A stretch of 34,257 nucleotides of DNA, from positions 1 through 34,257 of the forward strand of contig CAYODU010000004.1 of assembly GCA_964402905.1 (NCBI GenBank), in the 5' to 3' direction. The position numbers were made by a program, and so were the translations under genes. Source of the stretch: an uncultured archaeon (GTDB lineage: Archaea > Iainarchaeota > Iainarchaeia > Iainarchaeales > JAAZKV01). Shown here one piece after another: positions 1 through 8,630 of the stretch. Under the pieces are notes generated by a model. That model saw only the letters and a program-made list of their open reading frames with translations. It ran no database searches and was not told where the DNA came from. Position 1 is the stretch's first letter. Each line of letters opens with the position of its first letter.

Positions 1-1098
1 TCTAATTGTTTCTTTTGTTTCTCCTTGATTTCCAAACATGAAACAACCATGAACAAGTATTTTTGCTTTTTTTGAATCTTTTACAAATCTTCTTATCCCA
101 TCCGGGGTAGTACCTTTATGAATATTATTTAATATTTCTTGATCTGCACTTTCTATCCCAACACACATTAATCTGCAATTAGCTTTCTTCATCCATTGAA
201 GTACTTCAAGTGGAACATCTGCTCTGGCATTACAGCTCCAAGTCAAAGAAACTTTTTTGTTTATTATTTCTTTGCACAAATTAATTGTTCTTTCTTTGTC
301 TTGTGTAAGGGTGTCATCTTCAACCATCACTTCTTTTACCTGTGGAAGATTTTTTTGTATCCACAAAAATTCGTCTACAACACTTTTGATGCTTCTCTTT
401 CTGTATAAATGCCCTGAAAAAGTTTGGGGCCACTTACAAAAAGCACATTTGTTTGGACAACCTCTGCCAGTAAGTATTGTAACTTCAGGGTACTGCACTG
501 ATGGATAAAAATAATTTTCTATATTCAAATATCTTTTATAAATCTCTGAAACAAATGGAAGCGAATCAAGTTCTTTTTCAGTTGGTGGTTCTCTTTCTGC
601 AGTTCTAACAATTTTTTTTCCTTTTTTGTAGGCGATTCCTTTTACTTGATTTAAACTTGTTTCATTTTTCAGCGCTAAGGCAATTTCTGGTAAAATAAAA
701 TCATATTCTCTTATTGCAACGGCATCAGCTTTGCTTTCTTTTAAACTTTGTTCTGGCAAAACACTTACATGGTCGCCCACAATAACAACAAAGGCATTTT
801 TCAATTCTTTTTTTATTAACTCAATAATTTTTTTATCATTCTCAAAGGATGGAGTAACAGTGTCAACAACCACTAATTCTGGCTCAAAGGCACTTATTTT
901 TTTCATTGTTTCGCTTAATGAGAGATTTTCTCCAGATGCATCAAGCAAAAAAGTTTCGTGTCCCTTTTTTTCTAATGCCCCGGTAGCATAGCCTAACCAA
1001 ATAGGATAATATACACAGCCGCCTTTACTTACGCCTGGACTTCTTGAAGTGCGAGAAAACTTTTTCATAAAAGGAGGGCTTAAGAGAAGTATTTTCAT
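1..1098 (-). CDS. B12-binding domain radical SAM protein, HpnJ-like (3' end runs off window)
   Basis: Not in the ORF track; translated by hand from ATG at 1098: MKILLLSPPF...SRSPGVSKGGCVYYPIWLGYA...GRGCPNKCAFCKWPQ...EDDT...GIESADQEILNNIHKG. Has the CxxxCxxC motif and an N-terminal cobalamin-binding-like domain; the frame is open to position 1. Confidence 0.85.
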   Translation of the reverse strand, partial: MKILLLSPPFMKKFSRTSRSPGVSKGGCVYYPIWLGYATGALEKKGHETFLLDASGENLSLSETMKKISAFEPELVVVDTVTPSFENDKKIIELIKKELKNAFVVIVGDHVSVLPEQSLKESKADAVAIREYDFILPEIALALKNETSLNQVKGIAYKKGKKIVRTAEREPPTEKELDSLPFVSEIYKRYLNIENYFYPSVQYPEVTILTGRGCPNKCAFCKWPQTFSGHLYRKRSIKSVVDEFLWIQKNLPQVKEVMVEDDTLTQDKERTINLCKEIINKKVSLTWSCNARADVPLEVLQWMKKANCRLMCVGIESADQEILNNIHKGTTPDGIRRFVKDSKKAKILVHGCFMFGNQGETKETIR

Positions 1099-1187
1099 TT
1101 CAATCACACATTTTTCTTGTATTAATTGAATTAAGAAAAGTTTATTTATAAATGGGCTTGGTACGAATTTTCCCTTGTTAAATGTAT

Positions 1188-2081
1188 TTAAATCAGTAAC
1201 TTTTTGTACTTAATACTGCCATACAATCGCACTAATTTTATAAGTAGGACATAAAATATTCCAAGTGCAATAATAAGTATTTTTTTTGGTAAAGAATTTC
1301 CTTTCACTAGCACTACTCCTTGTGGTGAACTAAAATCAAATTTTCCTTTCCAAAGTCCAGTAGCAACTTGAAAATCTTTCCACGGATTTCTAATAAAACC
1401 AATTTTCACATCAAAAAAATCTTTGCCACGCAAAGGATGTTTTTTGTAAAGTAGTGGATCAAATCTATGGATTTTTATTCGAGACCAACCATACTTAATT
1501 TTTTCTTTGAATGTATTTTTTCTCAATGAATGTTCGTGTTTAAATCGGGCTGTTTTATATGTGAAGATGCTTGTATATCCGTTTTCAAATGCTCTGAATG
1601 CCAAATCTGTGTCATCCCTAAAACCAGTCCCCTTTTCATTGAAATCCTCATCAAAACCTTTTAATCCCGCCAGAATATTTTTTCTCCAAACGGTTGCATT
1701 TCCTCCGGTATCGGAGAAAGGAGAAACAAAAGCAATTTTTTTATCTGTGAAATAAGAGAGAATTGTTTTAACAAAATCTTTTTCAAAAAATATATCACCT
1801 GCCGAAAGGCACACAAATTCATTTTGTGAACTAAAGATAGCTTTGTTCAGGCCCTTGACTCTTCCTTTTCCAAGTGTCTCAATTAATTTTACATTCTTAT
1901 TTTTTTCCATGAAATTTTCTATAATGCTTTTAGTATTATCTGTACTACCATCATCAACAAGAATAACTTCTATTTTTCCGCTAAAATCTTGTTTCAAACA
2001 CTTTTCTATTACGGAGATTATTTCGTTTCCCTGATTTTTTGATGCAACAATAATGCTTATTCCAGTTTTAGTCTCATTCAT
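1188..2081 (-). CDS. Glycosyltransferase family 2
   Basis: ISIIVAS..N, EVILVDDGSTDNT, GFDEDF, DDTDLAFR motifs; C-terminal hydrophobic segment. Confidence 0.9.
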   Translation of the reverse strand: MNETKTGISIIVASKNQGNEIISVIEKCLKQDFSGKIEVILVDDGSTDNTKSIIENFMEKNKNVKLIETLGKGRVKGLNKAIFSSQNEFVCLSAGDIFFEKDFVKTILSYFTDKKIAFVSPFSDTGGNATVWRKNILAGLKGFDEDFNEKGTGFRDDTDLAFRAFENGYTSIFTYKTARFKHEHSLRKNTFKEKIKYGWSRIKIHRFDPLLYKKHPLRGKDFFDVKIGFIRNPWKDFQVATGLWKGKFDFSSPQGVVLVKGNSLPKKILIIALGIFYVLLIKLVRLYGSIKYKKLLI

Positions 2082-2547
2082 CTAAAAACGCCCCTATTAA
2101 TTGTATAATCTTTTCTGCGTGTAAAGTTTTATTTATTTTTAGTTTCGCGGTTTTTGATAATGCCTTTTCAATTTCTTTTTCACTTTCAATAACAATTGCC
2201 TGTTTTTCTTTTTTTATGGCGCTTGCTAGTTCGAGTTGATGATCATTAGTGTGTTCTCCGAATTTTTTTCTTCGCGAAATAACAATCATTTTTTTTTCAT
2301 ATTGCAAACCGGTTCCTATGTTGCCTTCGCCTGCGTGTGTAATAAAAACCGAACATTTTTTTATGTATTTATCAAATTCTTCAATTCCAATAAATTTTTT
2401 GTATGAGTAATTCTCCGGTTTATAATCTGAGTGTCCTACTTGAGCAAAAACAATTTCTTTAATGACTTTTTTTTCAATAAGCAAATCAATTTCTTTTAAT
2501 AGTCTATTAAATTGCTGTTTGTGTGTTCCGACGCTTACAAAAATCAT
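2074..2547 (-). CDS. Alg13/PssE-like glycosyltransferase (GT28 C-terminal half)
   Basis: MIFVSVGT, AQVG, ITHAGEGNI, EHTNDHQLELA motifs; ATG at 2547 preceded by GGTGA. Confidence 0.85.
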   Translation of the reverse strand: MIFVSVGTHKQQFNRLLKEIDLLIEKKVIKEIVFAQVGHSDYKPENYSYKKFIGIEEFDKYIKKCSVFITHAGEGNIGTGLQYEKKMIVISRRKKFGEHTNDHQLELASAIKKEKQAIVIESEKEIEKALSKTAKLKINKTLHAEKIIQLIGAFLDE

Positions 2548-2556
2548 ATCTCTCAC

Positions 2557-3018
2557 CTAAAAAATACTCCCGCCGAATTTTCCTTTTGGATAATATTTTT
2601 CCATTTCTTTCCATTGATAAATAAATAAATCTGCAATTGGGTAAACAAGTTTGCCGGTTATGCTTGGTTTTGTGGGTCTGCAAAAGCTTTCAATATAAAT
2701 AATTTTTTTACCAAATAGCTTTGCAATAAAAATAGTGCAAACTGTTGTGTCCGCACCCGTGGATATTATAATATCGGGCTTTTCTTTCAAAAAGATTTTC
2801 AAACTTTGAAAAAAATTTATTACTAGATTAATTGGATTTCTTGACGGACATCTGACAAAATAAGTTTTTTCTTTTTTTGCTAGGCTTTTTCCATCTTCAC
2901 GAGCAAGTGTAACAAAATAGTGTTCATATTTTTTGTAGAATTTTTCCAATTGAATAATTTCTTTTAAGTGCCCTCCGGCACTTGCTGTTAAACAAATCTT
3001 TTTCAGTTTTATCACCAT
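2557..3018 (-). CDS. Alg14/PssD-like glycosyltransferase (GT28 N-terminal half)
   Basis: ICLTASAGGHL, KPDIIISTGA, IYIESFCR...PSITGKLVY...QW motifs; start near 3006-3018. Confidence 0.85.
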   Translation of the reverse strand: MVIKLKKICLTASAGGHLKEIIQLEKFYKKYEHYFVTLAREDGKSLAKKEKTYFVRCPSRNPINLVINFFQSLKIFLKEKPDIIISTGADTTVCTIFIAKLFGKKIIYIESFCRPTKPSITGKLVYPIADLFIYQWKEMEKYYPKGKFGGSIF

Positions 3019-4019
3019 GGAATAAGAATAACTTTTGCAAAATTCAGGTAAAAAATGGTAAATGCAACTGCACAAATAACTATCTGTATTAGGAAGATTC
3101 TAACAACAACTCCCTTTTCTGTATATTTTCCTTTGCCTAAATTAAGAATAAATTGGGTTATGGAACCACCTTTTGGATTCGCTTTTAGTGTTCCATTTTT
3201 TTGTGGAATACCATAGCACTCGCTTTGCATTCTGTGTTTTGTTTTAATGAATAGTTCAACAAAGAATAGTGCCAAAACAATTACACCAAATGTTTCCATG
3301 TTTCCGATTATTGACATGACTGCAATATTTGCTCCCACCATTAGTGTTAGCGCATCTCCACCAAATATTTTTGCAGGGAACCAATTGAATTTCAAAAAAC
3401 CAATTAGCGCACCAATCATTGCTATTCCAAGAATCATTGCTGTTGTGTGCCCAGATAAAAAAGCAATTATTGTTAGTGTTGATGTGAGAATAATTCCTTG
3501 TCCGGCTTCAAGTCCATTGTATCCTGCAAGCATATTGAATGCGTTGCTTGCCCCAGTAATCCCGATTGGAATTATTATTAGTGAATAAAATATTCCAAAA
3601 TTAATTGCCCCAAAAAAAGGAAGTGTCATTGAAGTATTTCCTGCACTTATTGCCATTAGTGGCAATGCAGCAAGTATTGGAAACAAAGCGTGTTGCCATT
3701 GTCGAATGCCTTTTTTCCATCCGATGATATCGTCAATTAATCCAATGAAAGCAATCATGGCAATTGTTGAGAAACCTCCAAGAAGCAAACCTAGTTCTAT
3801 TGAGAATGCATTTAGATAAGTGGCTAAAAAAATTGCTGCAAAAACAGCAAAACTAAAACCTAGAAAAACAATTACTCCACCAAGTTCAGCAACTTGGGGC
3901 TTTGAATACTTGTTCAAATCTTTGCCCACAAATTTTTGTTTTCGCATTGTCTTGATGTAGTTAGGCATTATGAACAATATTGCTGCTACTCCAACAATAA
4001 ATGGAACGAATTCAAGCAT
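3012..4019 (-). CDS. aglH: UDP-GlcNAc:polyprenyl/dolichyl-phosphate GlcNAc-1-phosphate transferase (Alg7/AglH, MraY family)
   Basis: Multi-TM protein with GKDLNK..VAELGG, GLIDD, NAFNMLAGYNGLE, FNWFPAKIFGGD motifs. Confidence 0.85.
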   Translation of the reverse strand: MLEFVPFIVGVAAILFIMPNYIKTMRKQKFVGKDLNKYSKPQVAELGGVIVFLGFSFAVFAAIFLATYLNAFSIELGLLLGGFSTIAMIAFIGLIDDIIGWKKGIRQWQHALFPILAALPLMAISAGNTSMTLPFFGAINFGIFYSLIIIPIGITGASNAFNMLAGYNGLEAGQGIILTSTLTIIAFLSGHTTAMILGIAMIGALIGFLKFNWFPAKIFGGDALTLMVGANIAVMSIIGNMETFGVIVLALFFVELFIKTKHRMQSECYGIPQKNGTLKANPKGGSITQFILNLGKGKYTEKGVVVRIFLIQIVICAVAFTIFYLNFAKVILIPW

Positions 4020-4081
4020 ATAAGAAAAAAGCTTCTTTTACTTTTAAATATAACTGGTACAACAATTTGATTACTTAAAAA

Positions 4082-6205
4082 TTAGTCATTATGATAAATT
4101 ACTTTGAATATTTTTATTCCATTATCAGAAAAAACTTCTTGGTAGTACTGTGTAGTTTCCGGAGAATTAAACCAAACCTTTGCTATATTTGTGTTGTTTA
4201 GTACTTGATTTAGAAGATACAATCCATTTGATTCTGCGTAATAGAATAATGGGTATGTTCCGTTGTAGAATGTGTCTGGCGTATTTTTCCAGGTTGTGGA
4301 AATCTTATCATATTCTGATTGTGAAATTAATTGTCCGTTGCAATTCTTTCCTTCTGTGGTTGCTGAACAAGGTATTTGCTTTGCTGGACCACTATTATTG
4401 TATTTTTGAACTAAACTAGAGTTAACTTCTCCTGCAAAGTAAAACTCATATGTTCCTGCGCTAAAAATCATATCTGAACTTACAAGAATATATTCTGCAC
4501 CAATATCTTTTGAAACAATTTCATAACCTCTTTTGGTATCAGTAGTAACAACAAATTCTGCAAACAGTTGGTTTGTGGCATCAGATGCATTTCTGTTATC
4601 GCTTGAAAACTTTCTCTCTGTTAAAAATGCGTACATGTGTCCATCGCTCCACCAATTAAAAAATTTGGCATTTGGTTGTGTGTTTGAATTTATCCAGTTT
4701 GCAGTATCAATTATTCGTGTGTCTGAATTAGCAAATGGTTTGTAATCGGGAATGAATAATGCTGCTGCACCAACTCCGAGTAGTACTAAGAAGAACAAAG
4801 CAACAACCGTTGTCTTTGCTTCAATTCCTTTTCCCAGCTCAAATTTTTTTAATAATTCAAATATCAAGTAAGCAGTTATTGCTCCGCCAGTTACAATACC
4901 TAACCCGAAAACAAAAGTGAATTTTAATGTGTACCACGCCATAAAAAGCGTTATTATCGTCCAAAGCCAAAAAATAATTTGTGTGTGTGAATCAGATCTC
5001 TTGAAAAAATATAATCCTATTGGTAAGAAGATTAATCCTATCCATGGAAATACAATCAATGAATTATACTTTGAACCAAAAAAATTGTTCCCAACACTTT
5101 CTTCACCAACAAGCGTGTGAATATTTGTTCTATCCTGTACATCTTGGACAACGATAAATGACATTGATACTGCTAGTAAAGCAACATACAATAGGCCTAT
5201 GACAACCCATGGAAAAATCTTTTTTGTTTCTGAGTTTGCTTTTTGTATAAAATAATTAACGACAAATACTGCTAATACTAAAATAGCTCCGCCAATAACA
5301 GTTAAGATTGGACTTAACTTAACAATGTTGCCCGCATAATTTCCAACTCCATCAAGCCAGTAATTTCCGGTTAGATAACATATTATTGAAAAGATGACAA
5401 ATGCTATCACAAATTTTATTGTGAAGTAAAAACTTTCACTTTTTATGAAAGTTTCTTTGTTCTCAGATTTGCTTGAAATTAGTGTTAGCCCAAATAAGAA
5501 ATATGGTATTGCGATTAGCGGAATCAATAGGTATAGTTCCCAAGTCATTGCCATTATCCCAAAAAATATTCCGGCTAAAATAACATTCATTAAGTCTTGT
5601 TTTGTAAGAGTTTTGCTTTTTACTGCGCGTACAAAGAAAATAAATCCAATTGCCATCCACAAGAATCCAAGAGAGTTATCTCCCTGTGCACCTGCCATTG
5701 TTCTGTAAACAAATGCCGGAGTAACTGCAGCAAGGAAAGCAGTTATTGCACCGATTTTTTTACTATTAAAAATTTCTTTTCCAAGAAAGTACATTGAGAT
5801 TGTTATTAGTGCCCCAAATATTGCGGGCATTACTTGTACACTATATAATAATAGTTCTTTGTTGAATGCTCCGCCGAATGCAAGTAAAATGTAAACAAAA
5901 GCGCTTATTATATGATAAATGGATAATGGGGCAGCCGGAACTCCTTCAGGCACCTGATAATAAATATTTGGATCAGGGCTGATTATATTTCCAGTTGTAA
6001 CTATTTGCTCTACTAATCTTGCATGGTAATATGCATCGGGTTCAAATAAATAGTCTCCTTGATACTGAACAAGATTGACCCTTAAACTTACTGCAAAAAT
6101 AAACATTACCAATAGGAAAAAAATGACTTTTTTGTTATCCAAAATCTTTTGCTTGAGAAAATTTGTGCCAGCAACTTCTTTTTTTTCTTTTTTTCTGTGT
6201 AACAT
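4082..6205 (-). CDS. aglB: Oligosaccharyltransferase (STT3/AglB family)
   Basis: EPDAYYHAR, many TM helices, FVYRTMAG, LVGEE (SVSE/TIXE-like), FNWWSDG at the WWDYG position, followed by a soluble domain; likely ATG at 6205. Confidence 0.9.
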   Translation of the reverse strand: MLHRKKEKKEVAGTNFLKQKILDNKKVIFFLLVMFIFAVSLRVNLVQYQGDYLFEPDAYYHARLVEQIVTTGNIISPDPNIYYQVPEGVPAAPLSIYHIISAFVYILLAFGGAFNKELLLYSVQVMPAIFGALITISMYFLGKEIFNSKKIGAITAFLAAVTPAFVYRTMAGAQGDNSLGFLWMAIGFIFFVRAVKSKTLTKQDLMNVILAGIFFGIMAMTWELYLLIPLIAIPYFLFGLTLISSKSENKETFIKSESFYFTIKFVIAFVIFSIICYLTGNYWLDGVGNYAGNIVKLSPILTVIGGAILVLAVFVVNYFIQKANSETKKIFPWVVIGLLYVALLAVSMSFIVVQDVQDRTNIHTLVGEESVGNNFFGSKYNSLIVFPWIGLIFLPIGLYFFKRSDSHTQIIFWLWTIITLFMAWYTLKFTFVFGLGIVTGGAITAYLIFELLKKFELGKGIEAKTTVVALFFLVLLGVGAAALFIPDYKPFANSDTRIIDTANWINSNTQPNAKFFNWWSDGHMYAFLTERKFSSDNRNASDATNQLFAEFVVTTDTKRGYEIVSKDIGAEYILVSSDMIFSAGTYEFYFAGEVNSSLVQKYNNSGPAKQIPCSATTEGKNCNGQLISQSEYDKISTTWKNTPDTFYNGTYPLFYYAESNGLYLLNQVLNNTNIAKVWFNSPETTQYYQEVFSDNGIKIFKVIYHND

Positions 6206-6358
6206 TGAATCACTCAACAAAAGTTATATTCTTGGATACAAAATTATAATTAATTGTAACAGCACAACGCTTTAAAACCAAACTATTGCTAAAGCAAAAC
6301 TTTTCTCTACAAAATTTTTTACTGTTTTATTTTTATTATCTTTTGTTCAGTGTTTAGT

Positions 6359-7189
6359 ATGTTCAAAAAGCTTTTTTTTGGAACTGCGGGCATTCCATCC
6401 TCTACTGAACCAAGAAACAATTCTAATGGAATAAAAAGAGTTAGTGAACTGGGGCTTGGGGCAATGGAAATGGCTTTTGTTCAAAGTGTTTATCTTACTA
6501 AAGAAAGTGCTTTGCAAGCAAAAAAAGTTGCGCAAGAATCAAATGTTTTTCTTACTGCTCACGGACAGTACTTCATTAATCTTAATTCAAAAGAAGATGA
6601 AAAAATTCAGGCTTCAATAAACAGAATTATTAATGCAGCAAAAATTTCTTCGCTTGCGGGAGCCTTTTCTGTTACTTTTCATGCTGGTTTCTACCAGGGT
6701 ATGTCAAGAGAAAAAACTTATTCTGTGATAAAAAAAGGGCTAGAAAAAATTCTTGAAACATTAAAGCAAGAAAAGATAAATATCAGAATAAGTCCAGAAA
6801 CAACAGGTAAAGAAACACAATTTGGTTCGCTGGATGAACTCTTACAACTTTCAACAGAAATAAATGTTAGACCTTGTATTGATTTTTCGCATTTGCATGC
6901 GCGTAGTGGTGGAAAAGAAAATTCTTATAAAGAATTTAGACAATCACTTGAAAAAACAGAGAAAGCTCTTGGCTCCGCGTTTTTGAAGGAAATGCATTGC
7001 CACGTGTCAGGAATAAATTACTCTGCGAAAGGAGAAAGAAATCATTTAATGCTTCCTGATTCAGATATGAAATACAAAGAACTTTTGCAAGCACTAAAAG
7101 ATTTTGATTGCAGGGGAATAATAATTTGTGAGAGTCCGGATCCGCAAGAAGATGCGCTTTTATTGAAAAAAAATTTTGAAGAATTATAA
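6359..7189 (+). CDS. nfo: Archaeal endonuclease IV-like TIM-barrel protein (AP endonuclease family 2)
   Basis: FGTAGIP, HGQYFINLNS, FHAGFY, PETTGK..QFG, CIDFSHLHAR, HCHVSG, ICESP metal-binding motifs. Confidence 0.85.
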   Translation: MFKKLFFGTAGIPSSTEPRNNSNGIKRVSELGLGAMEMAFVQSVYLTKESALQAKKVAQESNVFLTAHGQYFINLNSKEDEKIQASINRIINAAKISSLAGAFSVTFHAGFYQGMSREKTYSVIKKGLEKILETLKQEKINIRISPETTGKETQFGSLDELLQLSTEINVRPCIDFSHLHARSGGKENSYKEFRQSLEKTEKALGSAFLKEMHCHVSGINYSAKGERNHLMLPDSDMKYKELLQALKDFDCRGIIICESPDPQEDALLLKKNFEEL

Positions 7190-7213
7190 AAAGATTTTTT
7201 AAAAAAAGTTTTT

Positions 7214-7237
7214 GTGTGGCCTTTTTATTTGCCACAC
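7214..7237. terminator. Hairpin between convergent nfo and ferredoxin
   Basis: GTGTGGC-N10-GCCACAC flanked by T and A tracts. Confidence 0.45.
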
Positions 7238-7270
7238 CAAAAAAATTATTTTAACTTTTTTTGTTTTTCT

Positions 7271-7492
7271 TTATGCATCTTCAACTTTTATGCAACTAAC
7301 TGGACACGCATTTGCAGAATCTTTACTTTGTCCAGCATCACTTACAGTTTTGCTAAAAACGCTATTGCCCATATCTTTTCCGTCAATTAGAGTAGCTTTG
7401 TCTCCGTCCATACTCCAGTTTGTTGGGTCTAGTGCAGCACATGCTCCGCAACCAATGCACTTATCTTGTTCTTGAGTTATCTTAAACGCCAT
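7271..7492 (-). CDS. Single-cluster [4Fe-4S]/[3Fe-4S] ferredoxin
   Basis: CIGCGAC...CPVSCI motifs; GGTGA RBS. Confidence 0.9.
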   Translation of the reverse strand: MAFKITQEQDKCIGCGACAALDPTNWSMDGDKATLIDGKDMGNSVFSKTVSDAGQSKDSANACPVSCIKVEDA

Positions 7493-7613
7493 TAAATCAC
7501 CTGAAAAAAATAGGGTTGTTTTGTTTAAATAGTTTACGGAAAAAAGAATTTTTTTATTTCAAGGGCACTTTTGTCCCAAATTAATATTCTTTTAGTTGAA
7601 TTTTTTAAAAAAA

Positions 7614-7895
7614 TTATTTTTCTTTGCTCACTTCTTTTGCAAGTATTGTTGCAAGGAAATAATTCCACATAGCGTTTAGTGTAACTGCAATTGGTGTTGC
7701 TAATTGTGTTTCTATTCCATATGCATTAGGGAGAATTATTGTGAATGGGTTTAAAACAAAATTAATAAAATTTCCTATCACTTGGTAAGGTACCCAATAA
7801 ATTATTATGTATAAGTAAAGTTGTGCTATAAATAACACAAGGAAAAACCAGCCAATTTTTTTCCAACTGGGTGCAAAAAAATCTTTTAGTTTCAT
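7614..7895 (-). CDS. Small membrane protein, unknown function
   Basis: 93 aa, 2-3 hydrophobic segments; abuts the upstream ORF. Confidence 0.65.
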   Translation of the reverse strand: MKLKDFFAPSWKKIGWFFLVLFIAQLYLYIIIYWVPYQVIGNFINFVLNPFTIILPNAYGIETQLATPIAVTLNAMWNYFLATILAKEVSKEK

Positions 7896-7896
7896 T

Positions 7897-8334
7897 TTAT
7901 ATTCTTCTCCGTTGTGAAAGTTTTATTGCTGGTGAAGGAATTTTGTCCGGGAGTTGGATACCAAGTCTTATTCCAAATTTTTCTTCAATTCTTCTCCATG
8001 AATTAATTGATGAAGCTGTTCGAGCAGGGGTAGTTAATCCAATTGGGTTATGTTTTCTCGTTTCTAAAAATACAAGTTCTTCTCCCAAAGAGTGTTTTTC
8101 TGGATTGGCTTTGTTAGCTGCGAATGCAATGTTTAGTTTCTTTCGTTCTTCTGGATTTCCTCTAACATTTCTATTCCATATTTTTATTTCACTTCCAACG
8201 ATTTCATAGGTTATGTGGGCAATTCGTTCTCCATCTTTTTTTATTATGATTTGGTGAAGTCTATTGCCAGTATTTCCTTTTTTTTCCAAAAGTACGTGCT
8301 CGGCAGCATATACAGATTCAGTGTTTTTTTTCAT
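7897..8334 (-). CDS. Hypothetical protein, possibly a degenerate GNAT-like fold
   Basis: ATG at 8334 chosen because the longer track ORF overlaps the 5S rRNA. The strand-strand-helix pattern (IIIKKDGERIAHITY...KHSLGEELV...TASSINSWRR) is loosely GNAT-like. Confidence 0.55.
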   Translation of the reverse strand: MKKNTESVYAAEHVLLEKKGNTGNRLHQIIIKKDGERIAHITYEIVGSEIKIWNRNVRGNPEERKKLNIAFAANKANPEKHSLGEELVFLETRKHNPIGLTTPARTASSINSWRRIEEKFGIRLGIQLPDKIPSPAIKLSQRRRI

Positions 8335-8413
8335 GTATATACTTTCTTTTTGCTTTATTAAAAAGTTAACGTTTTGTCGAGTATTTGATGCCCTAAGAAA
8401 AAAATTACAATAA

Positions 8414-8531
8414 GTGAGGCAGCGTTTGGCAGGCTCCACCACAAAGGGCAGTGCCAAAGCCAATCCCTGCGAGACTTAACTTCCGGGTTCGGAATGGGTC
8501 CGGGTGTATCCCTCGCGGTATGGCCGCCTAC
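8414..8531 (-). rRNA. rrf: 5S rRNA
   Basis: Reverse complement reads GTAGGCGGCCATACCGCGAGGGATACACCCGGACCCATTCCGAACCCGGAAGTTAAG...GCTGCCTCAC, with the conserved CCATTCCGAAC..GAAGTTAAG core and a helix I closure. Confidence 0.95.
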
Positions 8532-8630
8532 AAATAAATATTCTTACTGGAAGGTTTAAAAAGCTTATTTTTCGGTTTTTCCCTAACAAAAGCGAACAGT
8601 TAAATAAGTGAAACAGTTATTATTGTTCTA

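Noticed and set aside
8335-8463. N-terminal extension of track ORF 7897-8463
   Set aside because: It overlaps the 5S rRNA; the ATG at 8334 is more plausible.
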